Below, in pieces: positions 37,461-47,500 of a stretch of DNA of 61,896 nt (position 1 is its first letter; each line of letters opens with the position of its first letter). The notes under the pieces are model-generated. The model did no database searches. It was not told the DNA's origin and saw nothing but the letters and a program-made list of their open reading frames with translations. The position numbers and the translations under genes are program-made. The DNA comes from a virus (Duplodnaviria > Caudoviricetes), in the IMG/VR virus record IMGVR_UViG_3300030103_002748, positions 1-61,896 of that record. One strand, written 5' to 3'.

Positions 37461-37629
37461 TAGTGCTTCTCCAAATGGTCTCTCTGCCTATGGCTGGATT
37501 GAAATGTGTGCAGTGTTCGCAATACCAGCCCTTACGAGTGTTGGTTGCTGTATCCGCTACGGATGTAGCCGTCAGCCCACATTGCGGGCAGACGTTGTAG
37601 TAGAGCTTGTCAAATTCCTCTTTCTTCAT
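37447..37629 (-). CDS. Small Zn-ribbon protein
   Basis: CPQC...WYCEHC; overlaps both neighbours. Confidence 0.6.
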   Translation of the reverse strand: MKKEEFDKLYYNVCPQCGLTATSVADTATNTRKGWYCEHCTHFNPAIGRETIWRSTNGHG

Positions 37630-39128
37630 ATGGAATAGGCCCTCTGATAGTCCTCTGGTTCAACGATAAAGAGGTTAGACATAGTTCGTGTAACCCCCAC
37701 GTAGAACACTCTGTGCAAATCATCGCCGGGAGTGTCCAGAGCTGCCTGCGTAAGGTCTGTGAATAACACCACGTTCTCTGCTTCTCCGCCTTTTGTCCCG
37801 TGAATCGTGGACAGTCGGATGCGAGGTATGGCGTTAAACTTTTCGCCGCGCCGCAGTAGAGCCGTGATGTATATTCGTTCCGTTGGTGGGATTTTGTTTA
37901 GAGCTTCAAACCAAGGTTCATCCTTGGACGCAAGCAGCCCGTGGTTTTCCACCAGTTTGTCGTATGTTAGGAGGTCTCCAGAATCACCAGTAATGGTCTT
38001 CTTGCCTCGCGCAATCTTTTCTCCATTGCCTGCCATATAGCTGTATACAGCCTTGGCAGATGAGCGGTAGATTGCGGCACCTTTACGCAGCCGTTCCCAT
38101 GAGTTGACGGCTGTGGATAACTTTTCGGATATAGAGCGAACGCCGTTGCGTTCGAATAGATAGCCCCCGGACTTGAGTAGTTCCGCCACCGGAGCCAGCA
38201 TGTAGTTGGCCTGTGCCATAATCAGCCAGGAGCCCTCAGACATGTCTAACATCCGCACGTCAGATATGATTAGGACTTCTCCAATGTCACGCTTAGGTTT
38301 GTATGCCTTGGGGAAACGGTGAACGATTCGCTTGGCAATGCCTTCTGCGAGTTGGTGTACTTTGCTTGGGATTCGATAGGACTGTTCGAGAACTTCACTT
38401 CCGCCCGGAAGGTTGATGAAGTGATCAACGTCTGCACCTGCCCATCGATAGATAGCTTGATCGTCGTCTCCGGCGCAGTACATTTTTTCTGATTTGTCGT
38501 CGAGGGCATGAGCTATGTCCCATTGTAGTGGTGATAGGTCCTGCGCTTCATCTAGGAAGCACAGCTTGAATGACGGACAGGTAGTTTCGTAGCTTTTGAC
38601 AAACAGCGACAGCATGTCGGTGTAGTCCACCAGGTGGTTAGTGTCCTTATAGTCATCATAGGATGTGGCCACGTATTCAACCTCATGCCAAGTGCTGCGG
38701 ATGTTGGACAGGTTGTACTGTGCCTTTAGTGATATTTTCTTGAGCCGCGCTAAGTTGATGATCGACAGTATCGGGTGTTCGCTGATACCCGCTTTTCCAC
38801 CGTCCATATCCGAATTTTTTACTTGATTGAGCTGAAAGCCAATCATCGCACCCAACTCTCTGTAATGCTTTGCTTGCATTAAGTCCTTTTCTTTGATGTT
38901 GAGCATACGATAGGCAAAACTGTGCAGAGTCCTGAAATAAAACAGGTCGGTCTCTGGGTTGAGCTGAAACCGTTCTGAGGCCCGTTCCTTAGCTTCGTTA
39001 GCCGCTTTGCGAGTGAAGGCAAGAAAAGCTATCTGGCTCGGTTGTATGCCGCTCTCAAGCGCCTGATCTACCATATTGAGCAGCTTGGTTGTCTTTCCTG
39101 TACCGGGAGGTCCAAAGATGCGAAACAT
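37626..39128 (-). CDS. UvrD/Rep-like superfamily 1 helicase
   Basis: GPPGTGKT, AFTRKAA, TLHS, DEAQD, GDDDQAIY, QSYR, STIH..KG.E, YV..TR; start reassigned to ATG 39128. Confidence 0.92.
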   Translation of the reverse strand: MFRIFGPPGTGKTTKLLNMVDQALESGIQPSQIAFLAFTRKAANEAKERASERFQLNPETDLFYFRTLHSFAYRMLNIKEKDLMQAKHYRELGAMIGFQLNQVKNSDMDGGKAGISEHPILSIINLARLKKISLKAQYNLSNIRSTWHEVEYVATSYDDYKDTNHLVDYTDMLSLFVKSYETTCPSFKLCFLDEAQDLSPLQWDIAHALDDKSEKMYCAGDDDQAIYRWAGADVDHFINLPGGSEVLEQSYRIPSKVHQLAEGIAKRIVHRFPKAYKPKRDIGEVLIISDVRMLDMSEGSWLIMAQANYMLAPVAELLKSGGYLFERNGVRSISEKLSTAVNSWERLRKGAAIYRSSAKAVYSYMAGNGEKIARGKKTITGDSGDLLTYDKLVENHGLLASKDEPWFEALNKIPPTERIYITALLRRGEKFNAIPRIRLSTIHGTKGGEAENVVLFTDLTQAALDTPGDDLHRVFYVGVTRTMSNLFIVEPEDYQRAYSI

Positions 39129-40669
39129 TAGAATGGTGCTTCCACTTCTTTTGACCTTAATTCTGGCGTCTTTGCACCGGACGTGTATGTCTCGAACACA
39201 GGTATGCTCCACACCCTTACAGCTTTGCCGTTTATCTTTATGACAAGAGAATCGCCATCTATATCCCGAAGGCGTTGCGCTACCTTGTGTGACTTGAAGT
39301 CAAAAAACTTATTCTTTGTAAGGTAGGCCATGAAGTCTTTTAGTCGGAAGAACGTGCGGCCCTCTTCTTCATCTGTGTATGGACGCCGTAACAGGATTTC
39401 ATCCTTGTTCTCAGCGTTCTGCATAGCGGTGCAAAACTCTTCCAATAAATCGTAAAACTGACCCGTGACACTGGCGTCTTGTGACACCTCGACAATGGCA
39501 CCATCAGTCTCAGACATTTCACCCAGCAATCCGTTGATCCGACCTTCCCATCGGTCTTTCTTAACGGACTGAGGCATGAAGTTCAGTTGCTCAACGCAAG
39601 CACGTTGAAAGGCGGTTTGATTCATTAAAGCATCGGTGTCGAGTTCAAGTGGGTGACCATTCACATCCATGAACCAGACCGGGGGTAGGCTGTTGTACTT
39701 ACGCAGGTTAGCTATGGTCGCACCCGATACTGCGCTATCGATACCGTACTTCCTGGTCTTGCAGACCTCGGCATTACAATAGTCGCAGATCGGGGCGTCA
39801 GAACACTTGTAGGCGTAGTCCTTCTTGTTGAGCTGTTTAGCTACCAGAGTGACTTCAGGAAGGGGGAGGGGTGGGTCGAAGTATTTGGTATTGTACACCA
39901 TAATCTCCGATTCCCAACTATCCGGGTACGCCTTACGTAAGTAAACGCCCACATTGAACAGACCATTGTTTCTACCGCCCTCTGATATTTTTTGACGACA
40001 GAGAGTTTGCAGGCAGGGTGGACCATCTTTGACAATGATGTTCTTTTCTTCAACGATAGTAAGTGCTAACAACTGCTCTTTGGTCTGAGCATATGTTTCG
40101 TGAAGCGCGAAAAACTCTTCAACTGTGGCGGACTGTCCATCGTCTTTAATGCCATACCGCAAACCCTCCTCGGAATCGTAGTACGGCATGTTCAAGAAGT
40201 TACCTACGTCACCTCTGTCGAGGTTCAGGCTTTTCTGTTTGGGGAATATTTCGCTGGTGCCGTAACCGAGTCCTGCGGCCACCGTCTGCAAGGTTTCCTG
40301 CATGTCTTTGGCGGACACCCAATCGGTTGTAAACAGGAAGCAGTGAGCCCCTCCTGACTTGGAGCGACACACCACTAACGGCAGTTTCAAACGCCGTATG
40401 TCCTGAATCAGCTTTGTTAGGTCTAGCGGATAGGTATCAACATCGATGCAACCCCATTTACAGTTGTTATCTTCGTTAATGGGTATGATGCCTATGGCAT
40501 CTCCTTCGCCACTAAGGTGGCCTTCCCATAAGTCGTCTGTGCGCGGAGACTTAATAACCTGCGCTTTGCCAGTGTTCTTCCCGTTTTGATTCGTTCTATC
40601 AATCCGATAAGTGCCGTAGGCACACCGCAATCCGTCAAAAATCCCCGCGAATCTCTTCGCGTTATCCAT
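39128..40669 (-). CDS. Archaeo-eukaryotic-type primase with PriCT-like domain
   Basis: CIDVD (DxD), RSKSGGAH, EIFPKQ, GN.LN.PY, PPCL, EGGRNN. Confidence 0.75.
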   Translation of the reverse strand: MDNAKRFAGIFDGLRCAYGTYRIDRTNQNGKNTGKAQVIKSPRTDDLWEGHLSGEGDAIGIIPINEDNNCKWGCIDVDTYPLDLTKLIQDIRRLKLPLVVCRSKSGGAHCFLFTTDWVSAKDMQETLQTVAAGLGYGTSEIFPKQKSLNLDRGDVGNFLNMPYYDSEEGLRYGIKDDGQSATVEEFFALHETYAQTKEQLLALTIVEEKNIIVKDGPPCLQTLCRQKISEGGRNNGLFNVGVYLRKAYPDSWESEIMVYNTKYFDPPLPLPEVTLVAKQLNKKDYAYKCSDAPICDYCNAEVCKTRKYGIDSAVSGATIANLRKYNSLPPVWFMDVNGHPLELDTDALMNQTAFQRACVEQLNFMPQSVKKDRWEGRINGLLGEMSETDGAIVEVSQDASVTGQFYDLLEEFCTAMQNAENKDEILLRRPYTDEEEGRTFFRLKDFMAYLTKNKFFDFKSHKVAQRLRDIDGDSLVIKINGKAVRVWSIPVFETYTSGAKTPELRSKEVEAPF

Positions 40670-40683
40670 ATTATTTTCCGGGG

Positions 40684-40705
40684 AAAGGGGGCACTAGGCC
40701 CCCTT
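40684..40705 (-). terminator. Hairpin/probable terminator after the SSB-like gene
   Basis: AAGGGGGC-loop-GCCCCCTT. Confidence 0.5.
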
Positions 40706-40707
40706 GG

Positions 40708-41481
40708 TTAGAACGGAATGTCATCAGTATTGACGTCTGCCGACTCATCCTGATGCTTGACGTTGACCTCACCAGCCAGGATAGACGTGGCAAACGCCTT
40801 GGCTGACTGGTAGATGTTAGCGTCCTCTACGGGGCCGTTCAGGCTGATCTCCCAGCCGTGCCACGAGCCCTTCGAGTTTTCCTCAGACACCGTCTTGAGG
40901 GCATACACGTGCGAGAAACGCGGTGGTGTAAACATACCGTTCTTACCCTGCATTGTGCGGGACTGAACCATAGAGTTCCACTTGCGGGATTTCTTGAGCT
41001 GCGTGGACTTCATCGCAATCAACGCGGTTTCCATAGTGCCGTCTTTACCAATGATGACGACAAAATGCTGATGGGTCTCTTCAAGGTACGAGCCTTGGCC
41101 GTCAACCACATACTCGCGGTTATCCTCTGAGCTGCGCTCAGTCTTGGGCCGTTGGTCGTCTGGCGTGAAGATGTTGATAGGCGCTCCGGTGCCAGTGCCT
41201 CGGGGAGCCCACTCAATGTAACGGCGCTGGTAGACACAGGGCACCACACTGATGCCTTCTTTGCCTTTCCAGACCTGACCAGTCACGGTGTTGTAGATGT
41301 CGCCAGCTTTGGCGTCGTCCAGGTCATCAAGGATGGGGTCCTGACGGGACAACACCTTGAGGAAGGGCAGTGCCACATCTTCCTGACCTAGTTGGCCAAG
41401 GCCGATACCGGCATCTTCTTCAAACACAGACGCATCAAACGCCACGACGTTGCTTTCTTTCTTTTCTGCTACTTTACTCAT
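40708..41481 (-). CDS. Single-stranded DNA-binding protein (putative)
   Basis: Acidic C-terminal DDIPF tail, LPFLKVL, MKSTQ.K.S.KWN; in the replication module. Confidence 0.65.
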   Translation of the reverse strand: MSKVAEKKESNVVAFDASVFEEDAGIGLGQLGQEDVALPFLKVLSRQDPILDDLDDAKAGDIYNTVTGQVWKGKEGISVVPCVYQRRYIEWAPRGTGTGAPINIFTPDDQRPKTERSSEDNREYVVDGQGSYLEETHQHFVVIIGKDGTMETALIAMKSTQLKKSRKWNSMVQSRTMQGKNGMFTPPRFSHVYALKTVSEENSKGSWHGWEISLNGPVEDANIYQSAKAFATSILAGEVNVKHQDESADVNTDDIPF

Positions 41482-42056
41482 TATCTCGTTCCTTTCTTGA
41501 TAGTTGCGCGTTGGCCCACGTATGCACCGAATAGGTCCATAGGAAATTCTTCACCGTTCTCAACACGCTCCTTGACAAAAGCCTTGAGTGTGCTGGGATG
41601 AACTTCTTCTTTCTGGGAGGCAGGGACACCGGCGTCATGCGCGACCTTGATAAAGGTCTCAGCCTTCTTGTCTTCACCGCGACCGAATACACAAGCGACG
41701 GTGTTCTTAATAATGTCGTCAAAGCCATTGGTTCTTAGCCAGCCAAAAGCCGCATCGCGGTTGTCTACCTTGATGTGCGCTCCATAGGTCGGCTTGAGTT
41801 CAATCTTGCTGCCGTCGTCCAGTTCGAACTTGGCCAGACCGATCTCATGCAACAGTGCCGGTAGGTCCTCGTCGGTCAGCTTGAGGAGCTTTTTCTTCTC
41901 CTCTTTGACACGATCTTCGAGACCAGACACCAATGTGGATTGTGCTTCGACAGCACGAGCCATCTCGGCAATAGTTTTCAAGCCTTCAGTGTTGATGCTG
42001 TGCAACTCGGAGGTCTCGGCTTGATCGGCCTCCATCTCAGCAAATAGATCATTCAT
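41481..42056 (-). CDS. Conserved replication-module protein
   Basis: Coiled coil, LP..L, AF.WLR..G..DIIK, VHP.TL.AFV.E. Confidence 0.7.
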   Translation of the reverse strand: MNDLFAEMEADQAETSELHSINTEGLKTIAEMARAVEAQSTLVSGLEDRVKEEKKKLLKLTDEDLPALLHEIGLAKFELDDGSKIELKPTYGAHIKVDNRDAAFGWLRTNGFDDIIKNTVACVFGRGEDKKAETFIKVAHDAGVPASQKEEVHPSTLKAFVKERVENGEEFPMDLFGAYVGQRATIKKGTR

Positions 42057-42091
42057 ATGTCATCCTCGTGGTTAAAGTGTCGTTTGAACAC

Positions 42092-42131
42092 TTGAGCCAC
42101 ACATGATAATCATATAAACTCGTATATGCAA
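42092..42131. promoter_or_regulatory. Overlapping divergent promoters at the strand switch
   Basis: Plus TTGAGC-17-TAAACT (42092-42120); minus TTGCAT-17-TATCAT (42131-42103). Confidence 0.55.
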
Positions 42132-42133
42132 CT

Positions 42134-43582
42134 ATGAATTACAAATTTAAAACAGAACCGTATCAACATCAGCACGACATCTGGGAAAAGTCGTGGAGGG
42201 CCGAATATTATGCCCTCTTTCTGGAGATGGGTACAGGCAAATCAAAGATCGCTATCGACACGATGGGGGCGCTGTACCAGGCCGGTGAAATAGACACCGC
42301 GCTTTTGATTGCCCCCAAAGGTGTATTTGACAACTGGGTCCGCAAAGAAGTTCCCACACACCTGCCGGATGACATTGAATGTCGCATCGTGCGTTGGCAG
42401 CCCAACTTTACGCAGAAATTCACAAACGAAATTAAAGATGTGGCGATACGCGGCGAATCTAAGGCGCTGCATATCCTGGTCATGAACATTGAAGCGTTGT
42501 CTACAAAGAAGGGAGCGCAGAGCGCGTACCGGTTTCTACAGCGCAATCCCAACAACTTTTGCCTGATAGATGAGTCCACGACCATTAAGAACCGTCAGGC
42601 CAGTCGCACGAAAAACGTCATGGCTTTGACGGGGGTGTCAAAATACCGGCGCATACTAACAGGCAGTCCGATCACCAAAAGTCCTATGGATTTATACAGC
42701 CAGTGTGACTTTTTGCACAGCGACGCTCTGGGTTTTAAAAGTTTTTACAGTTTTCAGGGTCGGTATGCGGTGATACAGCGCCGGTCTATGGGACATCGCA
42801 GCTTTCAACATATTGTTGGATACCGTAAGCTGGACGAGTTGACTCAAAAGTTAAACGGCTTTTCTACCCGAGTCCTAAAATGTGAGTGTCTGGACCTGCC
42901 TGACAAAGTGTACACACAGCGTGAAGTACCGCTGACCACAGAGCAGAAGAAAGTCTACAACCAAATGAAGGAAATGGCCCTAGCCCAGGTAGAATCCGGG
43001 GAGTTGGCCACCACTCAAAGTGTCCTGACCCAGCTAATGCGCTTGCAGCAGATAGCCTGCGGATCATTACGCACCGATGACGGTGAGATACAAGATATTA
43101 AAAACAACCGAATGACTGAGCTGTTGGCCGTGGTCGAAGAAGTGCCCGAAAAGGCCATAATATGGGCTACCTTTACACAGGACATTCTGAACATACAGGA
43201 GGCCCTGACCAAGGCATATGGTGAGGATTCTGTGGCAATTTACTACGGTGACACGCCCCAGGACGAACGCCAGGCCATTGTTGAGCGGTTCCAGGACCCG
43301 GACTCGCCACTGCGTTTCTTTGTGGGACAGCCCAGAACTGGGGGATACGGCATCACTCTGACGGCTGCCAACACGATGATCTACTACTCTAACAGCTATG
43401 ACCTGGAGATACGGTTGCAGTCTGAGGACCGGGCTCATCGGATTGGGCAGGACAGGTCGGTGACTTATGTAGACCTGGTATCGCCTGACACTATTGACGA
43501 AGTCATCTTACGAGCCCTGCGTAACAAGATAAACCTTGCCAGCACGGTGCTAGGAGAGGACCCCAAGGAATGGTTACGTTAG
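42134..43582 (+). CDS. SNF2-like superfamily 2 helicase
   Basis: EMGTGKS, DEST, LTGSP, GYGITLTAA, QSEDRAHRIGQ. Confidence 0.92.
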   Translation: MNYKFKTEPYQHQHDIWEKSWRAEYYALFLEMGTGKSKIAIDTMGALYQAGEIDTALLIAPKGVFDNWVRKEVPTHLPDDIECRIVRWQPNFTQKFTNEIKDVAIRGESKALHILVMNIEALSTKKGAQSAYRFLQRNPNNFCLIDESTTIKNRQASRTKNVMALTGVSKYRRILTGSPITKSPMDLYSQCDFLHSDALGFKSFYSFQGRYAVIQRRSMGHRSFQHIVGYRKLDELTQKLNGFSTRVLKCECLDLPDKVYTQREVPLTTEQKKVYNQMKEMALAQVESGELATTQSVLTQLMRLQQIACGSLRTDDGEIQDIKNNRMTELLAVVEEVPEKAIIWATFTQDILNIQEALTKAYGEDSVAIYYGDTPQDERQAIVERFQDPDSPLRFFVGQPRTGGYGITLTAANTMIYYSNSYDLEIRLQSEDRAHRIGQDRSVTYVDLVSPDTIDEVILRALRNKINLASTVLGEDPKEWLR

Positions 43583-44574
43583 TTGAAAAGTCTGTCTAAG
43601 ACAGCTTGGAGGATTCGGTCATTGAAGAGGGGTTTCTTTTCTTGCTCGGGCTCTTCAGGTTTTTCAGGCGGAAGAGATCGAATGGGCATTCGAAGGTTGT
43701 ATCTTTCTAGACGTTCGGGAGTAAGGAACTCTCGCAGACCTTTATCGATGGTCTCCAAGTCCTCTACAAACTCAGAATGAAGCTCTTTCTTAGTCCTTAT
43801 GCCAAGTTGCCGGTCATTATAACGGTAATAAGACCCGTCATCGTAAGCCTCCTCTGGCGATTCTCCACGCGGGCTTGCGGCTAATCGACCTATAGTGTAG
43901 GCCAAGTCTTCGTTATAGCTGCTGCGTTTTAAAGGTTTTTCTATAATGTCAGCATCTTTTTCGCTTAAATTTTCTTTTGCCCAGTCGGCAAAGTCACGAT
44001 ACATTGCAGAGTTGAAGCCTCTATGAACAAACTCGTGCGTCAAAGCCGCCGCTTCACCCGGTCTTTTTAGGCCAGGACTGACGGGTTTGCCAAAGACAAT
44101 ATCTTTAGAATCCTCTGCAACAGCCGAGTCTGCGTATTGTTGTAGGAATATTTCTCCTGGGCGTAATGGTTCTAAACCTCGGTCAATTAAAACTTGACTG
44201 TAAGTTGGAAACCCTCCCTGCTCATTTAAGGCAAAGCCCTGCTTATCTACTTGACCCACGCCCTCTCTTCTATATAGCGCCTCCCTGTTTGGATCATACA
44301 TTGATCCAGGTACGACAGTTACGTTTTTAAACCTAGCGCCCCCATCACGACTTTGACCCAAATAGGGCAAAAGACCGAATATCCCTCCTGGTGCGACATT
44401 CTGGTTAAGTCGATTATAGATGTCTGCCATCATCTCTTGATCGGCAAACTGTTCGTAGGCTTGGCGAGCCAGTTCTAGCTCCTCTGACGTGGCCATGCTT
44501 TGAACTCCGCTAGGAGCCCTTTGTGCGGTGACAACCATCTCAAACGAAGGGGATGATCTTTCTTGCTTATCCAC
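43579..44574 (-). CDS. Hypothetical protein with HExxH motif (last gene of the ejection operon)
   Basis: ALTHEFVHRG followed later by an E-containing helix. Confidence 0.55.
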   Translation of the reverse strand: MDKQERSSPSFEMVVTAQRAPSGVQSMATSEELELARQAYEQFADQEMMADIYNRLNQNVAPGGIFGLLPYLGQSRDGGARFKNVTVVPGSMYDPNREALYRREGVGQVDKQGFALNEQGGFPTYSQVLIDRGLEPLRPGEIFLQQYADSAVAEDSKDIVFGKPVSPGLKRPGEAAALTHEFVHRGFNSAMYRDFADWAKENLSEKDADIIEKPLKRSSYNEDLAYTIGRLAASPRGESPEEAYDDGSYYRYNDRQLGIRTKKELHSEFVEDLETIDKGLREFLTPERLERYNLRMPIRSLPPEKPEEPEQEKKPLFNDRILQAVLDRLFN

Positions 44575-47500
44575 GTAGAGAGCCTATGCCCTGCTGCGAT
44601 CTAATCACGTCGCTAGTAACGTCAAACGGAAAAGCCGCAGCAAACTGCTGACGATTGACCCGTGACGCCTGAGCCGTGGGTGCTGGCGTTTGAAACGTTG
44701 GCGCTGGAGCCTGAGCCACGGGGGGTGGTGCGACTTGTGGCGCACTGGCTTGCGGGGGTACAGGTCGCTGTGTGGCAAAAGGGCTGTCGCTAGTCTGTCT
44801 ACCTCGCGTTCTAATGGCCTCTCGACGTTGCTGTATCTGTTCTTCACTACGTCCGTAGTAACGGTCAGCAAAATCTCTGAATTCAGTGCCCACGGGCACT
44901 AGGCCACCGCCAAGTAAAAAAGTATACATACGCTGTAGTTGAGGGCGAGGAAGCTTGTCACCGGGCTTGTAGGTTCTGCTCAACTCCAAAATATCTGCCA
45001 TCACTTTCGGTTCTTTTAGCATCTGAGTCATCAGAGTTTGAGTCATTAGTTGAGGGTTTCTACTCAATATTTCTCTAGCTACGCTGGCACCAAGAGCAGA
45101 CGTGATAAGCGAACCTTGACCACCAACAATGCCTGCCCTGGCTAATAAGCCGTACATTTTTGAAGCTATGCCTGCACCGAATATACCGACACCAGCTTCT
45201 TCTAACTTACGTTTTATGTCGCTTCCGAGGTCCTTATCAACCTGTGCCGCATTTTTTGGATCAAGCTCTACACCCCTTGCTGGTGCAAGAGATGCATCTA
45301 TCTTATCCATCTGTCGAAGGACTGCATTGATTTGACCAATCTGACGGTTACCCTCTTCCAACACGTCAGTTTCGGACAAAATGTCTAGAATAGAATCTCT
45401 CTGTCCTGGGACCATCGGGTCATTCAAATATTGAAGCATTATCTTCAAATTAAATGGTTGAAGATTGGTTTGAGGGTCTAACGGAGAAAAACCACCTGAA
45501 AGCGTGTAAGCGTGATTTAAAACAACGTCTATCAAACCCTGTTTGACTTGAGCATCACCCGATTCTGCGGCAGCCGTGGCTATGTTTCTAAAGTCTCTTA
45601 CCGGGTTAGCCCTGCCTGTAATTCGGTCCTGCCCTGGCGTACCCAACATTCTGTGAATACCTTCAATGGGGTTATCCATTCGGTCTTGAAAGAATTCAAC
45701 AAAGCGATCTGAGCGAGCAATTTCTTTATTTAGATTTCCCTCTCGGTTTTGCATGTTTCGGTAAATGCGATCAAGAGAGTTAACATCTTGTAAGTCATTA
45801 CGAAGCGTTGGGAAATACTGTGTTAAGACGTTGTCCACAGCCGGATCGTTAAGGAATCGATTAAAGCCATCCTGCGCTTCTATCCTTTGTAAAGGCATCT
45901 CTCTTCCAGGGTTATCTGGATCGGGAATCATCACAAAGTTTCCAGAAGCGTCTTGTACATCGACTTTCCTGAAATAACGAGGGTTATCTAACAGCCCCTT
46001 CAACACACGGTCTTGTGTTGCTCGCAGTAAAGGCTCGCCGCTTTGTAAGTTGTCTTGCATTTCTGTGAGTTGAGCGGCGTCTAATACGTTACTTGCCGCA
46101 GCGAACTCATTGGCCGCAGACAAAGCGCCATCTAAATCCGCACTTACGTTAACTCCACTTGCGCTGTCGTAATTCATCAAGAAATTTGCAGCGTCATCCA
46201 TTTGTCTTAAACGAAGAAGCGTTGTATCACCCAAGTTGTCAAACAGCGCGTAACCGGCTAACTCTGGAGCTATGTCCCTACGCATTTGTCCAGTGAAGGC
46301 TTGAGAAAAAACGTTGTTTACTTCGTCTTCAAAAGCTAAATAGTTGTCAAAGTAAACTTGAAATTGACCACCGGGAGATGTTTTTCTAAAGGCTAAGGAA
46401 GAGCTTGCCGGAGCTTCACGCCCAGCAAAGGCTAAACTGTTTTTTACGCCCGTCTCAATTTCATTTAAAAGCCCCAACAGGTTTTGATTGCCCTTTGCCA
46501 TAGCGTTGCGTTTCGACTGCCCAATGACATCGAGCATGTTTAACAGCTCACCTGTGGTTACACTTTCTTGTCCTTCGGTAGGTTCACCAACAGTTTTTTC
46601 AGCCGCTCTCTCTACGGTTCTACTGCTCTTGAGATCGTTAAGCTCTATTTCTAATCTACGAAGGTCATCAGCAAACGCTGCCTGTTGTTCTCGATAAGCT
46701 CTTGTTCTTCGGTCTCCTGGAGCATTAGCTGCTTCTTCTCGCTTACGAGCGATTTGTCGTTCTTTATTTCGAACATCTATTTCAAAAAGTTCTTGCCGGG
46801 AAGGCAACTCGGGCACGTCAGAAGCATCTGGCGGGTTGACGTAGTCGTTAAACTCTCGAAGAACTTTGTCTAAGCTAACTAAGTCGCTACCATAACTGAG
46901 CCTGGGCCGTTCGCCGCGAATGGAGAGTTCTTGGCCAATACGGTTATAAACGTCGATCAAGCCCTCGGGTCCTATTGGCTCATCATCAACACTAGGGACC
47001 ACCAAAGCGGCTTGTGAAACGGACATATTTTTAGGTATTAAATCTCGCAAAACTCGACTTTGTCTGCGAATGTCCCCGTATACGCCACCCTGACCGTCTT
47101 CGCCAAAGAAGATATTGTAGAGCTGTCGCTTTTCATCAAAAGCCTCTCCGCCCGTTAATGCGTTTTGTCGGGCTCGATCAAATGCTTCGTAAGCGCCTTC
47201 GACTACGTTGTTTATCTCAGCTCTAAAGTTTTGATCACGCAAGTCAGCGTACATGGCCAAAGACTCGGGCGTGTCAAACTCTATTAAATCAGCTAAAAAC
47301 TGGTTAAGAACATTTCTGGCGTTTTGCTGTTGCTCGGCAATCGCCGCATCAGGAGAAAACTCTTGACCTCTTTGTGAGCCAAACCGCCCTGTTTGACGTT
47401 GAGCCCCTAACCCTTCTAGGTAGTAAAGGATTGGAACGCCCGTCTGTAACGCGGCGGTTCGATCTTCAAACGGAATCCCCGCTTGGTTCATCAAAGCTAT

